Positions 45,301-53,600 of a stretch of DNA of 64,000 nucleotides are shown in pieces. Both the position numbers and the translations under genes were made by a program. Origin of the DNA: Fidelibacterota bacterium (GTDB lineage: Bacteria; Fidelibacterota; UBA2242). Location of the stretch: NCBI GenBank assembly GCA_016782645.1, contig JADHYC010000001.1, positions 16,579-80,578 on the forward strand. The letters are read 5' to 3'. The notes under the pieces were generated by a model. It saw only the letters and a list, made by a program, of their open reading frames with translations, had not been told where the DNA came from and did no database searches. The stretch's first letter is position 1. Each line of letters begins with the position of its first letter.

Positions 45301-47570
45301 ATACTTTTATACCTGGTGAACTTCTTGGATATAATGTGTTTGTAAATGATGTACAGCATAATACCGAAATCGTCCGTGGTTTGAAATATATGGTTACCGA
45401 TCTTACTAATGAAGTAATGTATACACTTGGAGTTTCTGCTGAATACTATCCAGGTGTTCATAGTGATACAATTGAAGTAGAGGCTGCACCTATTTATATG
45501 TTTGGTGAAATAACCGGAGTAGTATATAATCCAAATGATGTTCCAATTGAAAATGCTGTTGTTTCCTGTATGGGATTAACTGATACAACTGGCACTGATG
45601 GAGTATATTTACTTGAGAATCTAATTCCAGGTCCCAATGTTGTGAAGGCTACTGCTGATGGATTTGATAAGATGGCAATTGAGGTGGAAATTATTGCACA
45701 GGCAGACCCTGTTGTTGTCGATTTTCATATGATTCCTGCTTTGGGCAGACCTGGAGGATTATTTACCGCTGAAGGTGATTCAAGAGTAGACCTACAATGG
45801 TTTTCTCCTGGAGCTGTAGGTGATGAACTTGTTGAAGGTTTTGAAGCCGCTGTATTTCCTCCAGAAGGTTGGACGCAGATTATTACTCATCCAACTACCA
45901 CATGGCAACAGTACACTGATGAATATGCTTATGAGGGCATTTATAGTGCTGGAACCTGGTGGGATTACGGTCACCAGGATGAATGGCTTATTACGCCAGA
46001 GTTGACCATTGGTTATAGAACGACATTAACATTCTGGTCCTATGCACATGAAGGTTCCCCGAATGATGATCACTATTATGTGAAAGTTTCCACAGATGGT
46101 GGATCAAACTGGATACCAGTATTTGATCTCAGTACTCTTCCTCCAATGGGTGAACTTGAATTTAATGAGTGGGAATATCCTTATACTGTTGATCTCAGTG
46201 ATTTTGCAGGTGAAGATGTAATGATTGCATGGCATGCCGAAGACCCACCAGATAATGATGGACTCTGGTTTATCTGGATGATTGATGCGATCTATATTGG
46301 CTCTGAAAAAGGTGAAATATTCTACTTTAATACAGGACTATGCGGTATTACACCTCCTGGTGTATTAGCAAAGAAAGATGCAAAACATGTACCTACGGAT
46401 GTGGAAAGCAACTATACTCAAACTATAATACACACTCCGCTTAACAAGTTAATTGCAAGCAAAGAAGACACTCTGCTTGGATATAATGTTTACCGTATAG
46501 GAGAAATTGAGGATACTTTACTTACACCAACAATGATTGCAGACACTTTCTATACTGATCTTTTTGTTATGAATTATGTTGAATATAGCTATTACGTAAA
46601 AGCGATTTGGGATACTGATGACTGGGGAGATGTTGAATCCAAGCCTTCTAATATTGCTTCTGCAACACCCTGGAAATTGGGAGATCCTAATTTTGATGAT
46701 AATATAAACGTTGCTGATATAGTATTGCTTGTAAACTTTATTTTGATGATTGATGAACCTACTGCAGATCAATTTCGTGCTGCTGATGTCAATTTTGATG
46801 ATAATTTAAATATTCTTGATATCATCATATTGATAGATATAATGCTTGGAAGAAGCACCGCAAAAGAAGTTAATGATCCCGGTATAACTGCTGATTTGAT
46901 TCTGCCTGATATAGCACCAATACATGAAAAAACCGGTAAAGTTGATCTGGGTATTGACTTTGATGGTACTGCTTACGGTTTACAGTTTACGGTCCGTTAT
47001 AATCCTGATTTAATGACCATAGGGAATCCGGTAATTAATGCTAATGAGAAATTGTCGATAGTGAAAAATCAGGTTGAAAAGGGTGAAATGATTGTTCTTG
47101 CTTATAGCATGAATGGAGAAAAAATCAACTTTAATGTTGAAAACTTATTTACTATTCCTGTTGAATTTGTTAGTAAGGGCTATCGTGGAAAAGCATCAAT
47201 CGAAATTGATGATGTAATTCTTGCCGGTCCAAGTGGAGCTGAGATATTAATGGATAAGAATTCTGGTTCTGTTACTTTAGCTGTGGTACCTGTTAAATAT
47301 GCTTTACATCAGAACTATCCAAACCCATTCAACCCGACAACTACTATTAACTATGATCTTCCTAAAAATGCTCATGTTGAGATAGTTATCTATAATATGC
47401 TTGGTCAAAATATTCGTAAGCTGGTTAATGATGATAAACCGTTTGGTTATCATTCAGTTGTCTGGGATGGAATGACGGATGCTGGTGAATCTGTTTCATC
47501 CGGATTATACATATACCGTATTATTTCTGGTGATTTCCATAAGGTAAAGAAAATGGTATTATTGAAATAA
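39342..47570 (+). CDS. Giant (2742 aa) secreted multidomain T9SS cargo protein: four MAM/choice-of-anchor-like domains, a lamin-tail domain, three pre-peptidase C-terminal (PPC) domains, FN3 domains, a CarbopepD_reg domain, a type-I dockerin, a cohesin-like module and a T9SS C-terminal sorting domain
   Basis: Signal peptide. Lamin-tail domain (ILISEIVVTPTAGEFVEIYNSNIYEVDLSNYYLTDA). PPC motifs (YEPNDILSAATAI...GDVDWFSF; NEPNNDVANATVV...DLDYYSI; EDNDDYLNPAAM...DADWYSV). MAM-like ends (HWTIDDIVID; EGWFIDDIAVRG; WMIDAIYIGS). Dockerin GDPNFDDNINVADIVLLVNFIL...ADVNFDDNLNILDIIILIDIML. T9SS sorting domain LHQNYPNPFNPTTTINY...IYNMLGQNIRKL...GLYIYRIISGDFHKVKKMVLLK. Confidence 0.75.
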   Translation: MCKRSLLVVFLIFVLLLSFGFAENSVSNNVVKKSAEVEIVLNKYFGGEELTISEKQMIAPFIEINHNHLTRNLRSKEVVLSEDFSGGVLPTGWTVLEGSLSNVDWDFSALDATCDCSSYGDYAQDTLISPTIDCSSYLGLRLNFYQDYDAYSYGDVTTQVLISNDGGATWIVLLDYTGIDHLAENVGPVDISTYADGEANVKIAFAYESDFGYHWTIDDIVIDTPPTEPIMVLSTYSIDFGNVGAEVGKETVSEKVYVSNNGGGTLNITGFTLSSADLSVDSTSLTVEPGVTDSFVVSFASSTAGVFNGKVTIASNDAVSTDTIAVTATVIPAGYVVESFEDDFPPQGWDRVGYTSSYLDGWYENTSSSYVYDGSKSVKAKGQNSWLFTPKLTISTGDFITFYYRSESSSYPAGLKLRISTGSDQMDTTGYTAVLWEDDNVDETEYQKVTYTFDATYDGQDVYLAFQRNWATSNYYYTYVDYVTHPPIYYPEVSSILISEIVVTPTAGEFVEIYNSNIYEVDLSNYYLTDATYASGGAYYYNIVTGSNYGGGSSADFHARFPDGATIAAEAYQTISMAGSEDFLAEYGVDPDYELYEDGASADAIPDMREAVAGSINNQGGLTNGDEVVILYYWDGESDLVMDSDYLLWDDGAEVPNEAVDKTGVTIDGPDADTDVSAYLDDTPIASQDFGVSPGYGFSLHRIDYTEGLEAQADGNGITGSDETSENTSATFAISLPTPGADAQLDIYEPNDILSAATAITVPDTIVGPEINPDGDVDWFSFAADSGSYLILDLFIDGFSSLDGEIALFYSDSVKLESADSYGSGSDEEIEYFVDSTGTYYVAVAHYSDLKDDRAYTGAYALGVSVETEYDPCADYPDLNEPNNDVANATVVYADDSLAAALCPTEDLDYYSITISDDGLLYAETHPGAAGDYGTDTYMYLLGSDGTTVLDEDDDAGDGFTSYVEAEVTAGTYYVLVEVSSYAAGDVFDYGVSFGLYIPPEVYPPANFTAYPGDSKVYLDWDRPVPGKGGNYSRFSTPIERDRMSLNMNYEPKKSKDITGSAINVVGGYIPGETQDLQFAINIVSPDYEWSDSVSMTFPAGFTVNSASDIDGEVYNGTDGSLVEWGDNDNSSGGIVTGTTLFTVNVTVDAGVTGEQTINYHISGDEYGAVPNFVDGSLLINEGGGCEDDEYEDNDDYLNPAAMIPGLYEDLMLCYMDADWYSVMVPAYGSITVTTEDTVGLFDLLLFNLEIDASYAIDYMIDSTEMIVSYVSILDHESEFLVAVRDYDWNFGSMAQGPYDMNIVVEEAEVYTYDIYSVDKTLIGSTTETEYLVTELTNGVEYCFYGKTVNEAEIESPPSDTACATPEPALLCPPVGLTAVPGDTSVYLSWSEPEPPMPPCWDFEIDALPFDHIWSNIGATDDFDVDLSDGADIAYKLTLDIQTTLDITLCDAVTDYDTKLQIFYDCETPSEFYDDDGDYDCPEAIVSTNPSELIGIVLDPGTYLIVVDGFSGYEGNYGIHVSESVAEKYVFDAEAARQYELDKLSSMGLSEDLMLLDKQENPCGTLLGYKVYNSAGDSLTYSTVTNALITGLTNDVEYCFYVTADYEEGESLPSDTVCATPEELVPLPPVNLTATPFDEEVRLDWEEPGTAPLIYFECFETCDGPVGWGMIIENVVDNGTGGWLRVDDGTTYGCGTGMNNCGDDTEGHCVFAAWSAEGSAVTSRLISPLIDLTSETAANLTFESAYNYPGDADSPNEVEVSIDGGTTWTTVYTEDPTVIGTWHMVQVDLSTYAGSQINLGFKYISTAGNAEGWFIDDIAVRGALGRTFAYNFRYNTIVESNKDKVASNILLTSGNKEISGSNIVSETGEYFPDATDDLWFTINQSSSDVEFIDGFSMTFPSGVVVNFASATDGGTPWNGETGDGATITWGDMSGGSGWGTIVGSEDFSVNLSTAGFSGPMVIDYTLVGDGYGTAPHTIDGQLTLYEHTFIPGELLGYNVFVNDVQHNTEIVRGLKYMVTDLTNEVMYTLGVSAEYYPGVHSDTIEVEAAPIYMFGEITGVVYNPNDVPIENAVVSCMGLTDTTGTDGVYLLENLIPGPNVVKATADGFDKMAIEVEIIAQADPVVVDFHMIPALGRPGGLFTAEGDSRVDLQWFSPGAVGDELVEGFEAAVFPPEGWTQIITHPTTTWQQYTDEYAYEGIYSAGTWWDYGHQDEWLITPELTIGYRTTLTFWSYAHEGSPNDDHYYVKVSTDGGSNWIPVFDLSTLPPMGELEFNEWEYPYTVDLSDFAGEDVMIAWHAEDPPDNDGLWFIWMIDAIYIGSEKGEIFYFNTGLCGITPPGVLAKKDAKHVPTDVESNYTQTIIHTPLNKLIASKEDTLLGYNVYRIGEIEDTLLTPTMIADTFYTDLFVMNYVEYSYYVKAIWDTDDWGDVESKPSNIASATPWKLGDPNFDDNINVADIVLLVNFILMIDEPTADQFRAADVNFDDNLNILDIIILIDIMLGRSTAKEVNDPGITADLILPDIAPIHEKTGKVDLGIDFDGTAYGLQFTVRYNPDLMTIGNPVINANEKLSIVKNQVEKGEMIVLAYSMNGEKINFNVENLFTIPVEFVSKGYRGKASIEIDDVILAGPSGAEILMDKNSGSVTLAVVPVKYALHQNYPNPFNPTTTINYDLPKNAHVEIVIYNMLGQNIRKLVNDDKPFGYHSVVWDGMTDAGESVSSGLYIYRIISGDFHKVKKMVLLK

Positions 47571-47590
47571 GGTTAATTTTAGAATAGTTA

Positions 47591-47622
47591 AAAAAGCCCC
47601 GATTATTTCGGGGTTTTTTTTA
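47591..47622 (+). terminator. Rho-independent terminator after the giant gene
   Basis: aaaaaGCCCCGAttattTCGGGGttttttttt is a GC stem followed by a T9 tract. Confidence 0.7.
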
Positions 47623-47917
47623 TGAGGGCTTGAATGAGCGGATCAGTAACATTTCCTTTATAAGCGAAGTAGCCCACCTGAATGATGTCAGTCGGGCAGG
47701 GAGTTTTGCGCTACTTTCTAACCGATAACTTTCAGTTGTCTATTTGTTATTGTTTGTAGATTACTTGTCCATCGTATCCCGATTTATCGGGAGTAGATGG
47801 ATTGGTCCTTAGTCACTTTTCCGCCACAGGCGGATTAGGCACTTTTAACTTTTCACCGATCGAAACTTTAGAAGAATGAATTAGTATAACGGACAGTTAT
47901 TTATAGGAGGATCGAAA

Positions 47918-49435
47918 ATGAAAAAGAGTGTTGGTTTATTGCTAGGATCGGTTATTCTTATTATTATCGGTTATTATATTGGTACAGGGTTTTTAAAACC
48001 TGAACCTGAGCATGTTGTTCTTTATGAAAGTGCTCCCCAAGAGCAAAAGATGGCTGTTGTTCCTGCAGCGTTTATTAGTAATGGAACAGAAACATCCTCT
48101 TTACAAGCATTTAATGAAGCTTTTGTAAAAATTGCTAAAAATGTTAATCCTTCTGTTGTAACTATTACAACCGAAAAGGTGATTAAAACTCGTGTGAATC
48201 CTGTATTTCCAGGGTTTGGAGATGATGATTTTTTCAGAAAATTTTTTAATCTTCCTGAAGGTTGGAGTGAGAGAAAGGCAACAGCGCTGGGATCCGGTGT
48301 GATAGTTGATAAGAAAGGATATATCTTGACGAACAATCATGTTGTTGAAAAAGGCGAAAAGATAAAAGTTAAACTGAATGATAAAAAAGAATACAAAGCA
48401 GAAATCATTGGAACTGATCCACGAACAGATTTGGCAGTGATAAAGATTAAAGCAAAAGACCTAAAACCGGCAATTCTTGGAGATTCAGATGCTTTAAAAG
48501 TGGGAGAATGGGTTCTGGCAATTGGTTCCCCTTTTTCTGAAAATTTAGCACATACGGTAACCGCTGGTATTGTTAGTGCAAAAGGGAGAAGTAATATTAT
48601 TCCCGGTGCAAGTTATGAATCATTTATTCAAACGGATGCCGCGATTAATCCGGGCAATAGTGGAGGTGCATTGGTTAATATTCGTGGTGAATTAGTAGGG
48701 ATAAATACTGCTATTGCGACTAATGGTGCAGTTTCAGGCAATTTGGGTATTGGTTTTGCGATACCTATAAATTTGGCAAAAAGTGTTATGAGCGATCTGA
48801 TAGAGAAAGGGAAAGTTATCAGAGCATGGCTTGGTGTTAAGATTCAGCCGGTCGATGATCGTACCGCAAGAGCTATGAAAATCGATACAAGAGATGGAGC
48901 ACTTATTGCTGAAGTAGTAGAAGATAGTCCAGCTGAGGAATCAGGTATTAAGGTTGGTGATGTAATAATAGAATTTGATGGGAAGAAAGTTGAGGATCCA
49001 TCTCATTTACAGAATCTTGTTTCTAATTCTGAGATTGGAAAGATTAAAGATTTAGTAGTGATTAGAGGTAAAAAAGAACGAAAACTGAAAGTGAAACTTG
49101 GAGAACTCCCGGAATCTATTGAAACTGCAAGTAGAAGTACCGGTAAATCTTTTTCAGAGTTAGGTATTCAAGTAGAAGAACTTACACCTTATATAGCACA
49201 AGAATATGGCTATGATTCTGATGATGAAGGGGTTATTGTAACAAGAATTGATAGGGAGTCTGAAGCTGCAAGTGTTTTGCGTCCCGGTGATATTATTCAG
49301 AGGATCGGAGACAAAAAGATTATTGATATGTCTGATTATAAAAATGCCCTCGAAGATGTTTCTGGTGAGTTTATCTTAGTTTTAATAAAGCGGAAAAGTG
49401 ATACTTTCTTTGTGACATTGGAAGTTCCGAAGTAA
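47918..49435 (+). CDS. htrA: Periplasmic serine endoprotease HtrA/DegP/DegQ (S1C trypsin-like domain plus two PDZ domains)
   Basis: N-terminal TM/signal. Catalytic His (ILTNNHVV), Asp (DLAVIKI) and Ser (GNSGGALVN). Two PDZ-like regions follow (GVKIQPVDD...; GIQVEELT...). Confidence 0.9.
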   Translation: MKKSVGLLLGSVILIIIGYYIGTGFLKPEPEHVVLYESAPQEQKMAVVPAAFISNGTETSSLQAFNEAFVKIAKNVNPSVVTITTEKVIKTRVNPVFPGFGDDDFFRKFFNLPEGWSERKATALGSGVIVDKKGYILTNNHVVEKGEKIKVKLNDKKEYKAEIIGTDPRTDLAVIKIKAKDLKPAILGDSDALKVGEWVLAIGSPFSENLAHTVTAGIVSAKGRSNIIPGASYESFIQTDAAINPGNSGGALVNIRGELVGINTAIATNGAVSGNLGIGFAIPINLAKSVMSDLIEKGKVIRAWLGVKIQPVDDRTARAMKIDTRDGALIAEVVEDSPAEESGIKVGDVIIEFDGKKVEDPSHLQNLVSNSEIGKIKDLVVIRGKKERKLKVKLGELPESIETASRSTGKSFSELGIQVEELTPYIAQEYGYDSDDEGVIVTRIDRESEAASVLRPGDIIQRIGDKKIIDMSDYKNALEDVSGEFILVLIKRKSDTFFVTLEVPK

Positions 49436-49464
49436 AATTATCTTACTCGTTATTTTTTCATTTC

Positions 49465-49497
49465 AAGAGGCTTTTGAATAAGAAAGCCTCTTTTTAA
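49465..49497 (+). terminator. Rho-independent terminator after htrA
   Basis: aAGAGGCTTTtgaataagAAAGCCTCTttttaat. Confidence 0.65.
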
Positions 49498-49585
49498 TAT
49501 TTTCATTTCCGTCGGGAAGTTGTTCTATTTTGTTTGTTTTTGTTTGGAGCTAACTCTAAATTCATAAGTTGAATTGAGAGGTTGA

Positions 49586-50443
49586 ATGAAGGCAAAATTG
49601 GGGATTATCGGAGGTACAGGTTTCTACGAATTACAAGGATTAGAGATTAAACGGAAAGTTTCTCTTGAAACGCCTTTTGGTAGACCTTCTGATAAACTTA
49701 TTATAAGTGAAAAGGATGGTCAGGAAGTTATATTTTTGTCAAGGCATAGTAGAGGACATGTGCTAATACCATCGAATATAAATTACAGGGCAAACATTTA
49801 TGCAATGAAAATATTTGGTGTCACACATTTGGTTTCCGTATCTACAGTAGGAAGTTTTAAAGAAGAAATTAAACCCAGTTCCGTTGTATTTGTTGACCAA
49901 TTTTTTGACCGTACTAAAATATATATTCAAGATACGTTTTTTGATGATAATATTGCCGTACATATTGCTTTTGGTGATCCGGTTTGTCCTATTTTGCATA
50001 GTGCTCTCATAGATATTGCGACATCTGCCGGAGTAGATTTTACACCTCAAGGTATTTATTTGAATATAGATGGGCCGGCGTTTTCTACAAGAGCCGAGTC
50101 CATGATTTATCGTTCATGGGGAGTATCCGTTATCGGGATGACTAATATCTATGAAGCGAAATTGAGTAGAGAAGCGGAAATCCACTTTGGGACAATTGCT
50201 CAGGTTACGGACTTTGATAGCTGGTATGGGGAATCGGTAGATGTGACCGAAGTTTTTTCAAACCTCGGAAAAGCATTAGAAAGTACAACAAAAGTGCTAC
50301 AAGGATTAATTGAGAAATTCCCACTAAGTGATGGTGATTGTAACTGCGATTATGCTCTTGAAAATGCTATTGTAACTGACCGCTCTATTATATCAGATGA
50401 TGTTAGGAATAAATATGATCTATTCTTAAAAAAATATTTTTAG
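49586..50443 (+). CDS. mtnP: S-methyl-5'-thioadenosine phosphorylase (purine nucleoside phosphorylase family 2)
   Basis: N-terminus KLGIIGGTGFYEL...FGRPSD...FLSRHGRGH-like (here FLSRHSRGHVLIPSNINYRANIYAMK...THLVSVSTVGS) plus the C-terminal Cys cluster (CNCDYAL) typical of MTAP. Confidence 0.85.
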   Translation: MKAKLGIIGGTGFYELQGLEIKRKVSLETPFGRPSDKLIISEKDGQEVIFLSRHSRGHVLIPSNINYRANIYAMKIFGVTHLVSVSTVGSFKEEIKPSSVVFVDQFFDRTKIYIQDTFFDDNIAVHIAFGDPVCPILHSALIDIATSAGVDFTPQGIYLNIDGPAFSTRAESMIYRSWGVSVIGMTNIYEAKLSREAEIHFGTIAQVTDFDSWYGESVDVTEVFSNLGKALESTTKVLQGLIEKFPLSDGDCNCDYALENAIVTDRSIISDDVRNKYDLFLKKYF

Positions 50444-50450
50444 TAAAAAG

Positions 50451-50672
50451 ATGTCTCAATTTGGTAAAATAATTGTAATTGTGGGAGTATTTTTAGTAGT
50501 GATAGGACTTCTCCTAAGTTATGGTAAAAATATACCTATTTTAAATAAACTCGGGCATTTACCCGGTGATATTATTATCAAGAAAGAGAATTTCACATTA
50601 TACTTTCCCTGGGTTACCTGTTTGGTTTTGAGTTTAATTATGTATATTATTCTTAATTTACTTCGCAGATAG
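50451..50672 (+). CDS. DUF2905 family small membrane protein
   Basis: 73 aa with two TM helices. The pattern GKIIVIVGVFLVVIGLLL...LGHLPGDIIIKKENFTLYFPWVTCLVLSLIMYIILNL matches the DUF2905 consensus (LPGDI.i...nf.fyFPi). Confidence 0.6.
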   Translation: MSQFGKIIVIVGVFLVVIGLLLSYGKNIPILNKLGHLPGDIIIKKENFTLYFPWVTCLVLSLIMYIILNLLRR

Positions 50673-50684
50673 GAGGTCTTTTTA

Positions 50685-53600
50685 GTGATAAAGAAAGTTC
50701 TACCAAGTGTTGATTTTGTTGCTTTAGAACATGAAATACTGGAATTTTGGAAAAACAACAAAATCTTCAAAGAACTTATTAAAAAGAACTCCAATGGCCC
50801 CAGGTGGTCTTTTATAGATGGTCCTATAACTGCTAACAATCCAATGGGTGTACACCATGCGTGGGGAAGGACATATAAAGATATTTTCCATAGATATAAA
50901 GCGATGCATGGGTTTCGTACTCGATATCAGAACGGTTTTGATTGCCAGGGTCTTTGGGTAGAAGTGGAAGTTGAAAAAGAACTCGGTTTTAAATCAAAGA
51001 GAGATATTGAAAAATATGGAATTGAACGCTTTGTTAATAAATGTAAAGAACGAGTAGGGAAGTATTCTAAGATTCAAACCGAGCAATCTATTCGATTAGG
51101 GTATTGGATGGATTGGGAAAACTCGTACTATACTATGTCAGATGAGAATAACTATACCATCTGGCTGTTTCTGAAGCGGTGTCATGAAAATGGCTGGATT
51201 TATAAGGGACATGATGTTATGCCCTGGTGTACCAGGTGTGGTGCTGCATTATCTGAGCATGAGATTGCTACGGAAGGTTATAAAGAATTAACTCATACAA
51301 GTGTAACCTTAAGGTTTACGCTTTTAAATAGGGAAAAAGAGTATATTTTAGTTTGGACAACAACGCCCTGGACGCTTACTTCTAATACTGCTGCTGCAGT
51401 TCATCCTGATAAAAAATATCTTAAAGTAAGACAGGGCAATGAAATATATTATTTAATCGAGGGCAGGCAGGTAAAAGTCTTGAAAGGTGAGTATACAATT
51501 GAAGGTTCTATCCTTGGAAAAGAAATGCTTGGTTGGACATATAATGGCCCGTTTGATGATTTGCCCGTTCAATCTGATGTAAAACATATAATTATTCCAT
51601 GGGAAGAAATAAGTGAAACAGAGGGTACTGGGATTGTACATATTGCCCCAGGCTGTGGACAGGAGGATCATGAACTTAGTATAGAACACAACTTATCGGT
51701 TATAGCACCATTAGATGAATTTGGTAACTATATTAATAGTTTTGGATGGTTAACAGGGCAAAATGTAAATGATGTTCTTAGACCGATATTAAAAGACCTT
51801 AAAGAAAAGGGGATAAAATATTCTGAAGATGAGTATACGCACCGTTATCCTATTTGCTGGCGGCATGGAACTGAATTGGTTTTTAGGTTGGTTGATGAAT
51901 GGTTTATCGCAATGGATGGGGTTAGAGAGAAGATGATGGATGTTACTCGTAAAATTCGGTGGATTCCAGAGTATGGAATAAATCATGAGCTCGATTGGCT
52001 GCACAATATGCATGATTGGATGATTTCTAAGAAGAGATACTGGGGGTTGGCTTTACCTATTTTTGAGTGTAAGTCTTGTGGAAATATAACAGTAATTGGA
52101 AGTAAAGAAGAGCTAAAAGAACGTGCCGTTGAGGGCTGGAAGGAATTTGAAGGTAACTCACCTCACCGTCCATGGATTGATGCAGTGGAGATCAGTTGTG
52201 AGAAATGTGGTGCTAAAGTTAGTCGAGTACCGGATGTGGGAAATCCATGGCTGGATGCTGGAATCGTACCATATTCTACATTACATTATACAACGGATAA
52301 AGCTTACTGGCAGGAATGGTTCCCGGCAGAACTTATATGTGAATCGCTTCCCGGGCAATTCAGAAACTGGTTTTATTCATTGCTTGCTATGAGTACTGTA
52401 CTAGAAAATTGTGAACCTTCTAAAACGGTTTTCGGTCATGCACTTGTAAAGGATGAATATGGAAATGATATGCATAAGAGCACTGGCAATGCCATCTGGT
52501 TTGAAGATGCTGCTGAAAAGATGGGTGTGGATGTTATGCGTTGGTTGTATACAGCCCATAATCCGGTAAATAATCTTAATTTTGGTTATTCTATTGCAAA
52601 AGAGGTACGAAAACGTCTCATAACAATATGGAACTCTTATTCTTTCTTTGCTACTTATGCTGAACTTGATAAATATTCACCTGAAAGACACAAAGTAAAC
52701 AAAGAAGATCTTTCTGATCTGGACCTCTGGCTTCTTGCCCGACTCAATTTACTGTTCAAGGATGTTGAGTGTGAATATGGGAGTTATGCTGTTGAAAAGG
52801 CAATGAAACACATTGCTCTTTTTCTTGAAGATTTATCTAACTGGTATATCAGGAGAAGTAGACGGCGTTTCTGGAAATCCGATGATGATGCGGATAAATG
52901 GAGTGCTTATCAAACACTATATACTGCATTAAAAGGATTGATTCACATTTTAGCACCTGTAATTCCTTTCATTACTGAAGCGATTTATCAAAATCTCGTT
53001 AGAGGACTTGAGCCAGATGCCCCTATAAGCGTTCACCTTGGTAGGTTTCCTGAAGCCGATGAATCATATATTGATGAAGTTCTTTTAAAGAAAGTGAATT
53101 CGGTTGTAAGAATTGTTAGTTTAGGAAGAGCAGCAAGAAATAAAGCTAATCTCAAAGTTCGTCAGCCTTTGCAGAAAATAATTGTTAAATTACCTGATGA
53201 CCAAGAACCTGAAGCCTTGAAAGACCTTTCTAATCAGATACTTGAAGAACTTAATGTCAAATCGATAGAAATAGTGGAAGATGACAGCTTTTTAACAAAT
53301 TATATCATTAAGCCAAATTTTGCTGTATTAGGTTCTAAGTATGCAAAATATATTGGGGGAATTCGAAAAATAGTACAGAATTTGGAGCCTAGTGAGATTG
53401 CAAGGAAGTTGAAATGTGGTGGATTGGTTGAAATTAGTTTAAGTGACAAAAAGTTGTATTTATCAAATGAAGATCTTATTATTGAACGGAGAGATGCTGA
53501 AGGATATTCTGTTGCTATTGATTCTGATTATACTGTTGCAGTTGACACAAAATTAACTAAAGAACTAATAAGGGAAGGTATTGTTCGAGATTTTGTTAGA

